A stretch of DNA of 40,745 bases. Source: Paraglomus brasilianum. Lineage: Eukaryota. The position numbers and the translations under genes are program-made. Numbering within the stretch: the first letter of the stretch is position 1; every line of letters begins with the position of its first letter. This document shows positions 1 to 12,148 of this stretch, one piece after another. The notes beneath the pieces are model-generated. The model ran no database searches, was not told the DNA's origin, and was given only the letters and a program-made list of their open reading frames with translations. The stretch lies in the NCBI GenBank assembly GCA_910592345.1, contig CAJVPI010000232.1, positions 1 to 40,745 on the forward strand, read 5' to 3'.

Positions 1-1244
1 TAGAAAAATAGTTTTATCGAGATGATTTAGCGGCGTCGTAATAATTGTATTCTAATAAGTAGCGGTATCTATTTCGATACCTGTGGATATAGTTTAAACT
101 GTGCCCGAGGCATCCCTTATATTCGATACTTACTGGCTGGATACTCCGATGGCCGTTTTCATTTCATAATTAGAAAAATAATTGCAAACAACATATTAAA
201 ATAAATTTTTTTTGCTTATATTGCTATCTATCACTATGGATTGTATTTCGGTTACATGTGGACAGAGATTCATTTTTTTGACGAAAACAAAATTTCTGAC
301 CATAATATTTATTAATTGCAAGTATTTACACGCGCTAGTCAACAGGGACGAGTTCAGCAAGATAATTGTTCGAATAAAATTGTTCCTTTAAGGGAAGATT
401 TTCTGTGGTATCTATTTTCACATTTATATACTCAGGAGGAATTAAATCCACAGCCTGAAATTCGAAAAGCTGATACTTTTATATACATATGTAGTTTTTT
501 CAATATTGATTGAGAGCAAACAACAGTCAACAGTTGTTATTATTATAGAACGTTTTATATTTTTAACTATTAACCACATACCTCCATAGTACAACAATTT
601 CCCTTTGTCACTCCAGGAAGTGGTTGTTTCAAACCTTAGTCAATACAAAGTCATTATCCACAATTACATCATATGTAGCATCATGTGGGTTAAAGGTACT
701 TGACAGGTTCAGGTAACTGCTGAGTCGTTTAATATAACAGAACAGTAACCAGATTTTGCCTGTCTGAGAATAGGGTTTCCGCCTGTCGCCCTGAAAGAGT
801 GATCAGCTCCTGAATATCAATATAATGTTTGTAGTATCTGAGCATGATGACGGAATTGATGATCCATAAGAAGGTTCTTGAAACCAGCATCTGAAAGTCA
901 ACAGTAAGAATAAGTTATTGAAGCGTAGGAAAAAAGAGAGAAAAGCGTTGAGATGATACAAGTGGTCAATTATATACATAATAAGCAATACTTTCCTTCT
1001 AGCAATTGTTTGCAAAGTGGTATAAAAACTATGGATATGTTTGACAGTCTCCGAATTCCTATCCATACGGCGTTATTCGGAAATAGCATAATCAACGATT
1101 GCTGAAGTTGGCAACGAAAAGTTTTGTACAACTGCTCCATTGCAATTGCGAGTATCCTTTCCTTTGATAGCTACTTCGCACGTGTTAATACTGTTATTCA
1201 AAAAGGGATTGGGGTGCTGCCAGACTAGAATTGTCATGCCGTCT

Positions 1245-2860
1245 GCTCAGCCGCTGAAAATTTAGCCGTGCATCGTCTGATACACGTAATACTATGAACA
1301 GTTTCTACGGGACAATCACTAAGAGAAGCAAGATGATTAGTAAACATATCCATCATTGAATGACTAGTCTCCATCCAATAAAAAACATCCAAAAAAAAAC
1401 ATTAAAAGAGCACGTTCACTTCAGCAACGCACAGGCTTCTTCATAGGCCGACCAATCACCTCCTACTCGTAAACATCAAGAACTAAGGGTATTAAATTAC
1501 TCAATAGATCAGTCATATATAAAAATTCGATATTCTTGCATGTATAACCAAACTTTAAGTAAACTATATCAACAATATCAGACCATGCCATACGTGTAAT
1601 ATGAAGAATTAAATCAATTCTCCATGGCTGTGGTTTCTTACCAAGAAATTTACGCATTCCGAAAATACCTTTATAAATGTCATTGAACAAAAACGAGTTT
1701 TTTCAAAAAAAAAATTTTTTTAATAAATTCCACGAGCATTTATGGCAGCCTATAATTGGTAAAAATGAGAAACATAGTACGGAATTGTTTTATTATTAAT
1801 AAAAAACAGTTATGCCTTGCGAACATAAAGCTGACCAGGCCAGTCTGCAACAACTGGAATCACATATTCCGAAAGATAGGTTCGCATCAGCTGTCGATCG
1901 TGTACTATTCGGAGAGCGTTGGTATATCCATCGATGCCTTTCAAGGCACTTTCTGTAAAGTAAAAAGAATAGCATTCTCTATATTCTTTCCTTCGGATCC
2001 TATCATTATAACAATGTAACGTTAGTGCATCAATAAATTCCTCATCAGTACATTCTTTCACTATAATCCCGCATACGATTATGGTAGGAATACCGAGGTT
2101 TTGAATAATTGTTCATTAGGATGTTTCACTATCAACTATCTTCGGATTAATTGCTCCATCACGAGGGGTCTTGAACACGGATTCCATATGTGCTGCCCAA
2201 GATGTATTTGTAGTATCAGCCTGTCTCTGAACATGAATATTGTGGTAATCGTCAATATTTAACACTAAGGTTTTTTCCAAATGTAGTAAAAGACACTTAC
2301 TTCTCTACTTCCCCTGTAAACATCTGACATTTTCTTTTCCCTCTGATCTACTGTAGTTGCGCCATAGTATTTATGCCTTTGTTGCTTGTACCTGCTGAAT
2401 CTAAGTAATATAATATGCCAGGTCAAACTTAAAGCAGTTAATTTTTGTATTATTTAATGAAGCAAGGAGATAGCATATAAAAACCATCAATCTCTTCATA
2501 CAATCCATAGTCTGCTCATTACATTCAAGCTGCTGAATAAGTTGGTCAAAAAAAGCCTTCAGGCCGGGTTTTTTTGTTTGTAGCAAACTTCGCATTTCGT
2601 CAAATTCATATATTGGACCTTCTTTTTCTTTATGTTCCCTTTCATAGAGATATCTACTCATTGCCCCAATAGCTTATTTAGTGAGCTCAATTCTTGTACT
2701 TACCTCTTCCACATTCATAACTTAACTCCTCTTCTTAAGGGATTCTCTATTAAATTCATGTAGCAGGCGTTGCATAAACTATACCTTCATCCCATGCTGC
2801 CTTGCAAAAGCTTTGAATTTGCTTAGTATTCTCAAGCACGTTTTATGGCAGGTTGAGCTG
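1245..2860 (-). pseudogene. Decayed copy of a multicopy Glomeromycota-type hypothetical protein, probably DDE-transposase-derived
   Basis: Collinear minus-strand peptide fragments broken by stops and frameshifts: LCNACYMNLIENP; ICYLLASLNNTKINCFKFDLAYY (ORF 2401-2661); LVLNIDDYHNIHVQRQADTTNTSWAAHM; VIPVVADWPGQLYVRKA (1810-2061); KKPQPWRIDLILH...LLSNLIPLVLDVY (1463-1690); SLSDCPVETVHSI. Boundaries approximate. The transposase link is inferred from the D..D..E spacing. Confidence 0.6.
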
Positions 2861-3737
2861 CGTAAGCCTTTTATAATAGTATAAAACTGATTATCAATGA
2901 TTTGTGTTACAATTTCCTTATATGGGTACGTTCCTGCTGAAGAATTATACGTAGTTGCTGCAAGGAAATCCTTATTCAGATTGACATTAGCAATTGATAA
3001 CCGTAACGAAGTATGGTTGACAGGAATATCACTCACGTCACTATATTCAAATAAATATCATTTTAGAAACAAGACATATTAATTACGCTGAAAGCTCTGG
3101 ATCCATATCGACATCGTATAAAATTTCTACTTTGCATTATCGAAATTATAACATGCCATGCTCATTTTGTTATTTGGTTATCAAGTGTGTCAAACATATG
3201 AACACCTTCCTCCACACTACGGAATCCTCTAATTATATCACATATGGGCTTATGCTAATAAAAGCAACGTGCAATCAACTTCAGCACATATAATCCGCGC
3301 TTCAACACAACAACTTTAGATGAAAAACAGATTAATTTTAAAGAAGCCATTAACCAAAAACTCGATGCGAAAATTATTCGGAAATCGCTACACAAACAAT
3401 GACACAGACAGAAGATGGTGAAATACGTGAGGAATCGCGATTTCTACATACCTTACTAGACTTTGTGGCAATGTTCAAGTATCTTTCGCCCGCCCAAAGT
3501 TCTAGTTGACAGGTGTAATGGAATTAACCATTGCAAATCGTCAATGGAGAAAATCATTTCATTTGCATCGAGATATAAGTTGAGACATTGTGATTATAAT
3601 TAATAATAGGTAAATAGGAAGAAAAGTTTGAAAAAGTGGACAGTGCAATGCAGCAAGAACCTTTTTAAATTTTTGTTTTGTAGATTGACGCTAATAATAA
3701 ATAATGTCCTATACAGGAAAGTATCGGAATTTTCCGA

Positions 3738-3903
3738 GAGGTATTAGACAACTTGGCCTTTTTAGCGAAATCAGACAATGGGGTATTGTACGTGTAGCAT
3801 AGAGAGACGTGGCATAAATAAATACTGTATAAAGAAAAATGGCGAGTATGTCGTATGGATTTGAGGTATTAGAAAACTTAGCGAAATCGGACAATAGTAT
3901 TGT
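3738..3903. repeat. Imperfect direct repeat of about 40-50 bp
   Basis: GAGGTATTAGACAACTT...TTAGCGAAATCAGACAAT (from 3738) versus GAGGTATTAGAAAACTTAGCGAAATCGGACAAT (from 3863). Confidence 0.6.
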
Positions 3904-4125
3904 GGTGATATAAAGCTTAAAAAAAAAAGTTCTTGCTTGCGATGTTACTGTCGTATTGGCACGTTAACATTCTTTGTTAATAGACTTATAGGATAAAGAA
4001 CTTGAATACTACTATGTGATACGTCTATAAAATTGGGTTTTGTACAGAAATACTTCAAGCAAAAGTACAATATTGTATAGGTGCTTTGTTGTTTAGGATG
4101 TAGAATTTCCCGTAATTATTAGGCA

Positions 4126-4410
4126 CAGTCATACCTCGTTCATATCCCCACTTGGGATACAAGTGAGGTAGCATAAACATTCACCTAAAACATCCAATTT
4201 TGTTATATATTCTACATCATTTTCTGTTGTAAAATCTCCTTGTTCTAAGAACTTTTTTAGACAATTTGTGTAATATTAGTATTGCTTATAGTATGATATT
4301 AATAGATTTGGGACAGCAAAATATTCAAAGGTCCGTCGCACTTCACAGGTGGGATATACTGTATCTGAGGTTGGGATATTAAAGGGTGGGGATAAAAAGA
4401 GGTATGACCG
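4126..4410. mobile_element. Non-autonomous Tc1/mariner (pogo/Tigger-like) MITE, 285 bp
   Basis: Left end CAGTCATACCTCGTTCATATCCCCAC and right end GTGGGGATAAAAAGAGGTATGACCG form an imperfect ~25-bp terminal inverted repeat. TA flanks the right end and CA (possibly mutated TA) the left. No credible coding capacity. Confidence 0.7.
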
Positions 4411-5419
4411 TACGAGGAAAGAAAATTGGTTGTGGCGGGAAGATGCTGTATACGCTAGTTGATTTTGTTGTTGTTTCGGTTGCGATCCGAGCGAGGTCGA
4501 TGACTTATGTTTTTTTTTTGGTAACCATACTCTACGTATGTCTCTTGGTTACAGGTAAGAGGTTTATCGTAACTGAGACAACAAACAAACGACTTGGTTG
4601 ACCAAAACAAACGTTACATTAGCAAAAACCACTTACTTACAAATTCAGCTAGGTGCTTTATTATTTTTACATATTTGATAGTTTGTTCTTTTGTTTCTAT
4701 TTTGAGCTGATTTATATCTTTTATCAAGCTGTATTATGCAGTTACAGTATGTCTTAGTAACAATTATGGAATTCAGTTTAGTATATTGTCAAATTGTAAA
4801 TGAGAAAAAAAAAGGAAAGGGTGGGAAAGTAACAAAATGTAACAATACAATCAATCTAGAGCACAAATGGGTAATTATTTAAACTCTGTCAATACGCCAT
4901 GATAATCGATAAACATTTAAAGAATATATCGATTAGGTTAAGGTTAAATGAAATGGAACACAACAATTCACGAATTAACATTCTCGCGAATTTAAAAACT
5001 AGTGATACACGTCCGAACGAACCTCCATAAGTGCATTTGTAGAGGTTTGACTTACTGTACCTTATTTTATTTCTTTAAAGAGGAGCAAAAGCTTCTTTAT
5101 GCTCTTAGTAACAGGAATACTAGACTCGACGTCTAACAACAGTGCGTCTTCTCACGAAATTAAACTTGGAGAAAATAAAAATTGACAAATTTTAGTTGGC
5201 TAAATCACACAATCCTTGCTGAGGGCACAAAAACAGATGACGATTACGCAATTATGTCTTAATTGTACCCGTATTCGATAAATAATGGTTCAAAACAATT
5301 GAGTAATAATGACTATATATACGTGATCACAAGCTACGTCGAATACTTATTTTTAAACCGGCTTTTCTTTCTCAGCATTGTGAACAACTCTTTCGCACAT
5401 TTACTTTAGTTCCCTTATT

Positions 5420-7567
5420 ATGCAAAACCGTTGTACTATCTGTAACATACCGGCTACAAAGGTTTGCAGCCGTTGCCGAAAGGTATATTACTGTAATGCT
5501 CAACATCAAAAATTAGACTGGAAAAAAAAGCACAAAGTTGAATGTAAACCCGAAACTGGGAATAGCACAGTGCACGAAAGAAATTTAGCAGAGGAGATTC
5601 AGTATGATTTACCTGATTCTTTTGCTTCGGAAGACTTTATACGCTTGTTCGAAAACATGATGGCGAGTAATCTCCACACTGGACGACACTATACGTCGTG
5701 TGCATTAATATTCCCTGACTATGCGACGGAATATAAAGCTTACTATCCCGCTGATTCATTCGGTTATACGGTCCTTTCTAAAGCAACCAAGTTAGGGGAA
5801 AGATTAGCATTGCAGGAATGGGTAACAACTGGCAATTCGTCGTCGTCCTCGTCGTCACGGTTTGATCTTGCAAAACTTCACAAGCGCTGGGGACAGACTA
5901 CGCCTGAATTATTCGAATTTTTGTCGTCCAAACAGCTCAGACTCGGCTCCATCTTTTATAAAAAACGTGCGCCAATATACGGTGGTGTTAAGAGCTTTGC
6001 AAATGAAGTCAAACCACATATCGGCTTTGTCAAAGGAAGTAATAATATTACTGTTGGGTTTGTCGATCTAAGTTTACTCTTTGGAGTTCATATCGAGAAA
6101 GGAAGTGAAGACGATAGTGATGACTCTGATGACTCTGACTCTGATGACTCTGACTCTGATGACGACTCTGATGACGACTCTGATGATGACGGAATGCATA
6201 CAACCACCAGGCTTATAGGGTTTGATGCGAACGGATATGCAGTGGCAAAGACCAAAGTCATATTGGCTATGATGAAAAACGACGTGCCTGCACTCAGTAT
6301 TCTTCAAGTATGGTATTCATCGGTATGGACAACTGCAACGTTCGATTACTTTCAACAGGCAGTGAATAGTCTGATTCAACAAGACAATAATCCAACCGAT
6401 TCAGCTGATAAGATTTACCTTCCTCATTCACAAGATGAAGTTATTGGTCATATTAAGTATTGGTCGACGGTTGAGAAGGGTGATCCGCGATTGAAATTAG
6501 AGGCAGCTCATTCGAAATGGGTGGCACAGTGTCCACCTACTTCTAATTGCTACTATATAGTTAACAACCTATGTAAACCACGAGATCGTGTTGAATTTGC
6601 AAGGAATATTCTAACAGGAGAGCTTTCTCGACCAGATTGCAAAGCCACGTCAGCAAAGGGCAAGAAGAAGAAGAATCAATCCAGGAAAACCAACCATATG
6701 AGCAGATTTGGTTGCCAGAATAGCGATTTGCTAGGAAGTGTTACAATGTTTGCTTGTCTGAATGGTTATGAACCACACGGTTCTAGTGAAGTATTGTTCA
6801 GTGGGATTCCCATGGAAAACATTCTAGCGATGTATAACAGTGAAACCACGTCATTGCTCAATGCAGTTTACGAGTTCTTGGAAGAAAATATTAACAAAAT
6901 AAAAACATGGCTAAACGGTACTAACCGTCAGGACAGTCGCTGGAATGTCGCTAGCTCTTCTACTTCAACAACGACCTCGAAAACAAAGCGTGCATCTTCT
7001 CGAGTTGTTCCAACCAAAAAGCGCATTCTCAAAATCTCTCTTTACAAGGCTGAATTGACAACTGCTGATTGCTCTTGGCTTTCGCGTAATCGTTTCAAAC
7101 CATATGCGGTTATATGGAGCAACGTCTGCGACTATTGCACCAAGAGTGATTTTCATACAATAGCGCGATCGCTTTCTTGTCCTTGGACAACACACACTAT
7201 GCATTCGATGAACTGGCCCAGGCAGACTTTCGGGGCTATGATTAATGATCTTCCAGATAATGAGATTAGAGCTGAATGTTTGGCAGAGGCGAAAACCGTT
7301 GTTCGCACGATGGGATCAATGCTTGATAAGAGTGGGTATTTCGATTATCGGAATTTGAAGGAGAATCCAAGCAATATTGGCGATTATTTCATGGCACAAG
7401 TGACACATGACGATTGGTTAAGTTATTTCTTTGAGAATGTGGAGACTGGAAATGTGGAGAGTAATTGCAGGCCTTTTCTTGTTACTTCGACGAATGTTAT
7501 GACTGTATACTTTGCGTGGAGTTACAACAGAAGACTAAAGACAAGATTTTGCGATAGGTTCAAATGA
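5420..7567 (+). CDS. MYND-type zinc finger protein with a large uncharacterised C-terminal domain, 715 aa, single exon
   Basis: Uninterrupted ORF with ATG start. N-terminal CTIC-x7-CSRC-x4-YCNAQHQKLDWKKKHKVEC is a canonical MYND finger. Contains an acidic D/S insert. Confidence 0.9.
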   Translation: MQNRCTICNIPATKVCSRCRKVYYCNAQHQKLDWKKKHKVECKPETGNSTVHERNLAEEIQYDLPDSFASEDFIRLFENMMASNLHTGRHYTSCALIFPDYATEYKAYYPADSFGYTVLSKATKLGERLALQEWVTTGNSSSSSSSRFDLAKLHKRWGQTTPELFEFLSSKQLRLGSIFYKKRAPIYGGVKSFANEVKPHIGFVKGSNNITVGFVDLSLLFGVHIEKGSEDDSDDSDDSDSDDSDSDDDSDDDSDDDGMHTTTRLIGFDANGYAVAKTKVILAMMKNDVPALSILQVWYSSVWTTATFDYFQQAVNSLIQQDNNPTDSADKIYLPHSQDEVIGHIKYWSTVEKGDPRLKLEAAHSKWVAQCPPTSNCYYIVNNLCKPRDRVEFARNILTGELSRPDCKATSAKGKKKKNQSRKTNHMSRFGCQNSDLLGSVTMFACLNGYEPHGSSEVLFSGIPMENILAMYNSETTSLLNAVYEFLEENINKIKTWLNGTNRQDSRWNVASSSTSTTTSKTKRASSRVVPTKKRILKISLYKAELTTADCSWLSRNRFKPYAVIWSNVCDYCTKSDFHTIARSLSCPWTTHTMHSMNWPRQTFGAMINDLPDNEIRAECLAEAKTVVRTMGSMLDKSGYFDYRNLKENPSNIGDYFMAQVTHDDWLSYFFENVETGNVESNCRPFLVTSTNVMTVYFAWSYNRRLKTRFCDRFK
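6110..6190 (+). repeat. Coding GAT/GAC/TCT minisatellite (Asp/Ser tract)
   Basis: GATGACTCT-type units encoding DDSDDSDDSDSDDSDSDDDSDDDSDDD. Confidence 0.85.
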
Positions 7568-8062
7568 GCCCCTCTTACAGTATGTATTCTGTTGAAACGT
7601 TTAAAATAAAACACTACCGTGATGCATTGCTGTTATCGCATACTTAAGCCTAGGGTTATATCGCTAAAGATTAAATTTTAGCATTAGCCTAAGACATAAA
7701 AGGAATACTACAAATGACGTAATTAGCGTTTACTTTCCATAAAAGGAGGATGTTAAAGCGGAGTAGAATGTGACCTGATTCTTGCAACTACATTGGTCAA
7801 ACTGCATGTCAACCAACGAAATTCTACCCTATCCTGTATGTCGATGTAAAACATTGTGCGTGCATTTCAGGAGGGTACATTTAGGGGGTAGGGCAACTCA
7901 GGTACTTATTTCAGACCATGTAAATAGTAAAAGGAAGGCTTGATAATCAATGTGATATAACCTCTTACTCATTGACCGTTTAGTAAATCCAGCAACCAAA
8001 TCTTGGTTCCTGCCTCTGACCATATCCTTCACAAAAATCCCACAATTTATCGTCACTTTATT

Positions 8063-9681
8063 ATGGCGGAGGCGCCTTTAACCTTACCTGAACCAGGTGA
8101 AATAATAGTTATCGACTGTAGGCCATCATCTTCATGGACACCACAAAAGTATTCAACCCAATCATCATCATCATCATCACCATCATCATCATCAACATCA
8201 ACATCTCATCCAATACCTTTGACAAAGACTCTTAAATGCCTTCAATGGAATGTAGAACGTAACTATTGTCCCTCTTTAATTCTCTCGACGCTTAAAGAAC
8301 TAGATCCAGACATAGCATTTATCCAGGAAATAGACATTGATTGCAAAAGATCAGGAAATCGAGATCATTTCACAGAGATAGCAGCAAACATGAAATGGAA
8401 GGGTGGTTTTGTGTGCGAGTTTATTGAGATCGAAAGCGAAAAGAGACACGACAGAGACCAGGGAGGCGGAGTACATGGAAATGCTATTTTCTCAAAGTAT
8501 GATGTTGACTTTAGAGTCCTCGATCACAAGCATCAGCCTTTCAATTGGGAGAAGGATTGTGACAAGTTAAACGAACCCAGAAAGGGAAGGTAAATGAGAG
8601 GGTGGGGGTGGAAGGGTGAACGCAGAGGAATGATTGGAATCAATTTTACTCATGTGTGTTTGTATTCATAGGCGAGTTACCCTGGTTGCCGAGATCAAAA
8701 CAGCATTTGGTCCACCGATACTATGTTATTGTGTACATTTAGAAGTAAGATGATATTGTGGACTCGCTCTTCGAGTTTCATTCCATTCCATTCACGCTAA
8801 AAGTCTTTTTTCTTAAATAGGTATTCTGCGGTCTTATAGGCCGAGTAAATCAATTTTCCGAGATTCTATCAGATTCGGTAATCCATGCTTCCACTCATCC
8901 ATACCAATTAATCCTTGGCGATCTCAACACGAAATCACACTCAATAGCCAGATTATCGTCATTCTCTAGGGATAGATACTGTGTACTATCTCTTGGCATG
9001 AGCGAATCAGAGTGGTGGGATAAAAATCTACTTTCTTGGCACGCATGTAGTGGTGATACCAACATGTATCTGAAATATGGTGGGATTTGGCCAGTATTTG
9101 CTCTGGCGAGGTGGTGGGTTGGCGATAAGAAGAACGCGAAGAATAATGATAATGGTGCTAGTGCTGGTGGTGTTGGTGTTGACGTTGGTGTTGATGTTGG
9201 GGTTGGGGTTGGTAGTAGTGGTAATTATAATGATAATGAGAACAGAACAGCACTCTCAGGCTTCACTCCAAAAGTCCTTACCGATGCACGCAACCCTGGA
9301 TTCTATGACCCATGGCATCCGTTTTACGACGTAACAATCAACTATCCAAGATACTATGCTCTATACTCTGCTAAACTTGACTGGACTCTTGTTCGTGGAT
9401 TCAACGTAATCAAACGATGGATAGGTAACGATGACTACTCCGCGTCCGATCACAAGTATTTGATGATAGAAGTCGTTTTTGATGATTATAGCATTGCTAG
9501 CGATACAGAGGGCATGGCTTGGGAAGTGTGGCGGATGAGGAGAAAGGAGTGGAAGAAAAGGCTTGAGAAAGAAGTGGAGAGTAAGCGGGTACGAGGTAGC
9601 AAGGGGAGAGTAGTGCAATGGATCGGTTTTGTTGCTGTGTTTGTTGCTATTGGCATAGGAGTTGCTAGAAAACGGCTATGA
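8063..9681 (+). CDS. Endonuclease/exonuclease/phosphatase (EEP, DNase I-like) family protein with a C-terminal transmembrane anchor, 3 exons
   Basis: Exons 8063-8589, 8672-8744 and 8821-9681 join in frame across GT-AG introns. EEP motifs occur in order: QWNVE, FIQEID, GNAIFSK, VHLE, ILGDLN, KLDW, SASDH. Hydrophobic C-terminus VVQWIGFVAVFVAIGIGVA followed by RKRL. Confidence 0.88.
8161..8206 (+). repeat. (TCA)n microsatellite encoding poly-Ser
   Basis: atcatcatcatcatcatcaccatcatcatcatcaacatcaacatct. Confidence 0.85.
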
Positions 9682-10015
9682 TAATTGCCCGCAACACATC
9701 GATTTGAATTAACGGCCGGCTGTTGGTTTGTTAACCAACCCATTCACCGTGACGTTATCTTTAATCGATAATTTCCATATCGACCAGTCTGAAGCGAAAA
9801 AATTCAGGATCGACAAATAAACCTCAAAAGTTACGAGAGATGGACAATCAAATAAAAGGGAATTGTGTGGTCATCACACGCGCGCGAACATACAGTAACT
9901 ATTAACGGCAAGCATATTTATTATCAAAATAAGAGTTATTGACTAGCAATTTATTTTACTTCCCCCCCCCTTTCCCTCACAGACTAAATACGACTGACCT
10001 ATCCTATATACAGTT

Positions 10016-11370
10016 TTATATACTAAGTACTTCGTTTTCTTTATTGATTACCTTTTCCCGCGAACTTAACAGCTTATTTTTCACCCATTTTAACCATTTC
10101 AAACCAAACCACCGATCAAGTGTTTTATCTGTCGTCCCAAAAATCAAACATACCAAGATTGCTGCTACCGCACAAACATATCTTTCTCCTAAATCCACGG
10201 GTTTCTTTTTTACAACAGATAAAATAACTCCAATTGATGTATCGAGATCTACAATGACGTAGCCGCTTATAAAGATGACCAAGCGAAGAATGACCGCTTT
10301 TGTGACGTTATATCTGGTATTCCTGGTTTGGAAAGCCGGTTTTGAAGACAAAGGTCTTGAAAGGCGAGATTTGTTGCCATCGTTACTAGATTCGATGACA
10401 TCAAAAGCTGATATCTGCACCACCAAGGTGTGATTATCTGATAGATTAGAATCAGATATGATAGCTTTGCCGCTCAACTGTGTTTCGGATGAATCGACTT
10501 CTTCTGTTTCCGCTTCAGTATTTTTTTCAATCGCCTCTTGTTGTGTTACATGGTGTACGGGGAATGGTTGCGGTTTGAATTTATTCAAATGACGGATTAT
10601 TGCTAATGTCGCATGAGAGCAAAAGTAAATGCTAAAAATGGACAAAACTACGTTGGGCCCGCTAGAGCCCATTAAACGAACCCATATTGGTTCGAGTACT
10701 ACGCTGTCGATTTAATTAGAAATAGATTGTAAATAAATAGATAAACCAAATGAATACATAAACAAATAAATGTTTGATATCGTTTCATACCAATTAAATT
10801 CCGTTATTCTCACCGCTCGTTGGTTAATAGCTAGAATGGACACAATTATAGTTCCAACTGTTGGATATATAATCAAAAACATCGCGTAGAATTTGCTCCA
10901 TTTAGAATTGGTCAATTCGTTTCGAACACGTAATACGAGAAGCCGGTATGTTTGTAAGGTAAATATAAATATACAGCCGCCTATTGCAAACCCACCACAT
11001 TCTAACTAATTTTTGGAATAAAAAGGATTGGGATATTGTTAGGATAAACATTGGATCGGCGATAAGAAAAAGAGACAAGATAATGTTATATTGTTATTGC
11101 TTGTCCGGCTCGGCTCGCTCCACTGTTAGTTTATTATTATTGATTGCTTACCGCCAATGCTTGGAAATAACAAAATTCTATTGGAGCTTTCCTCCAATCG
11201 AATTTATATATAAGGCCCAGTAGCTCCACTCCATTGGCGAACACAATGCTCAATGTATAGTAAAAGATTACGGGAATCTTTTTAGATCTATAAAGCATGA
11301 TTGCTGCATATGCAGCAGATAGAAAGGCAAGACCAGTAATTACTGCTTCAACTATGATACGGCCATTCAT
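10016..11370 (-). CDS. 7TM G-protein-coupled receptor, cAMP-receptor-like/Git3-like; paralog 1, about 373 aa, 3 exons
   Basis: Exons 11370-11152, 11005-10791 and 10703-10016 (GTAAGC..TAG phase 0; GTATGA..CAG phase 2). Seven hydrophobic segments, CYFQA at the top of TM3, WC in ECL2 (putative disulfide), long polar ICL3, basic amphipathic tail. Confidence 0.8.
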
Positions 11371-12090
11371 TATTTAGAAACAATTATGTCATGCGGTAGA
11401 CCGCTAACAATCAAAGAAAGGTAAGGGTATTGTTTTCCTCAAGAAAACAATATCACAAGTTTAAAAAGTTAACGATTCTAGAGAGTCAGCTTTTACCCCT
11501 CCCTTATAAAAACTGTCGAGTCCAAGGTGGGGAAAGTTGTTAGATTTATCAGCAGGAGTAAGGGTTAAATATATTATCACAAAAACAACAGTTAATAATG
11601 AAAGTCACATGATTATTCCGATACAAGTTACTTTGTCAATATCGGAGGCACCCTTTGAATTCTTGGGTTGCAGTTTTGTATGACAAGCCGTTATTATCAT
11701 AAATAATGTTGATTGAAAAAAAAGCTGGGCAACAGCCAAATTAGTTTACTAAATCGAAGAAGCTTAATTAAACAGAAAGTTAATACAATAAAGACCAGTA
11801 ATGTGTGATATTTAGTTTATTTCATTTATCTTTGCATGTACGTCCATCAAGGCATTATTGTCTAAACTGAAATTTTTGCTTATGTCAAATTAAAAAAGAA
11901 TAGAATCGAAATAAATACTATTAGATGCCAACACTAATAACGATCGATCGCTATTATAACCAGTTAAGTATTAGGATATGATTTACATGGGTACCGTTAT
12001 CATAACTTTTATTAGTTAGTATTTGTATACTGGTTAATATTACCAAAAACGTTACATTCTAATTTTAATCGTAATCAAATGGGTTGTTTA

Positions 12091-12148
12091 TTAGTTTGTT
12101 CGTTTGTTAGTTTGTTCGTTTGTTCGTTGTTCGTTTGTTCGTTCGTTG
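12091..12148. repeat. Degenerate (TTTG/TTCG)n microsatellite
   Basis: ttagtttgttcgtttgttagtttgttcgtttgttcgttgttcgtttgttcgttcgttg. Confidence 0.8.

Noticed and set aside
9667..9681. Peroxisomal PTS1 at the EEP C-terminus (-KRL)
   Set aside because: Position -3 is Lys rather than S/A/C, and the tripeptide directly follows a TM helix, which fits a tail anchor better.
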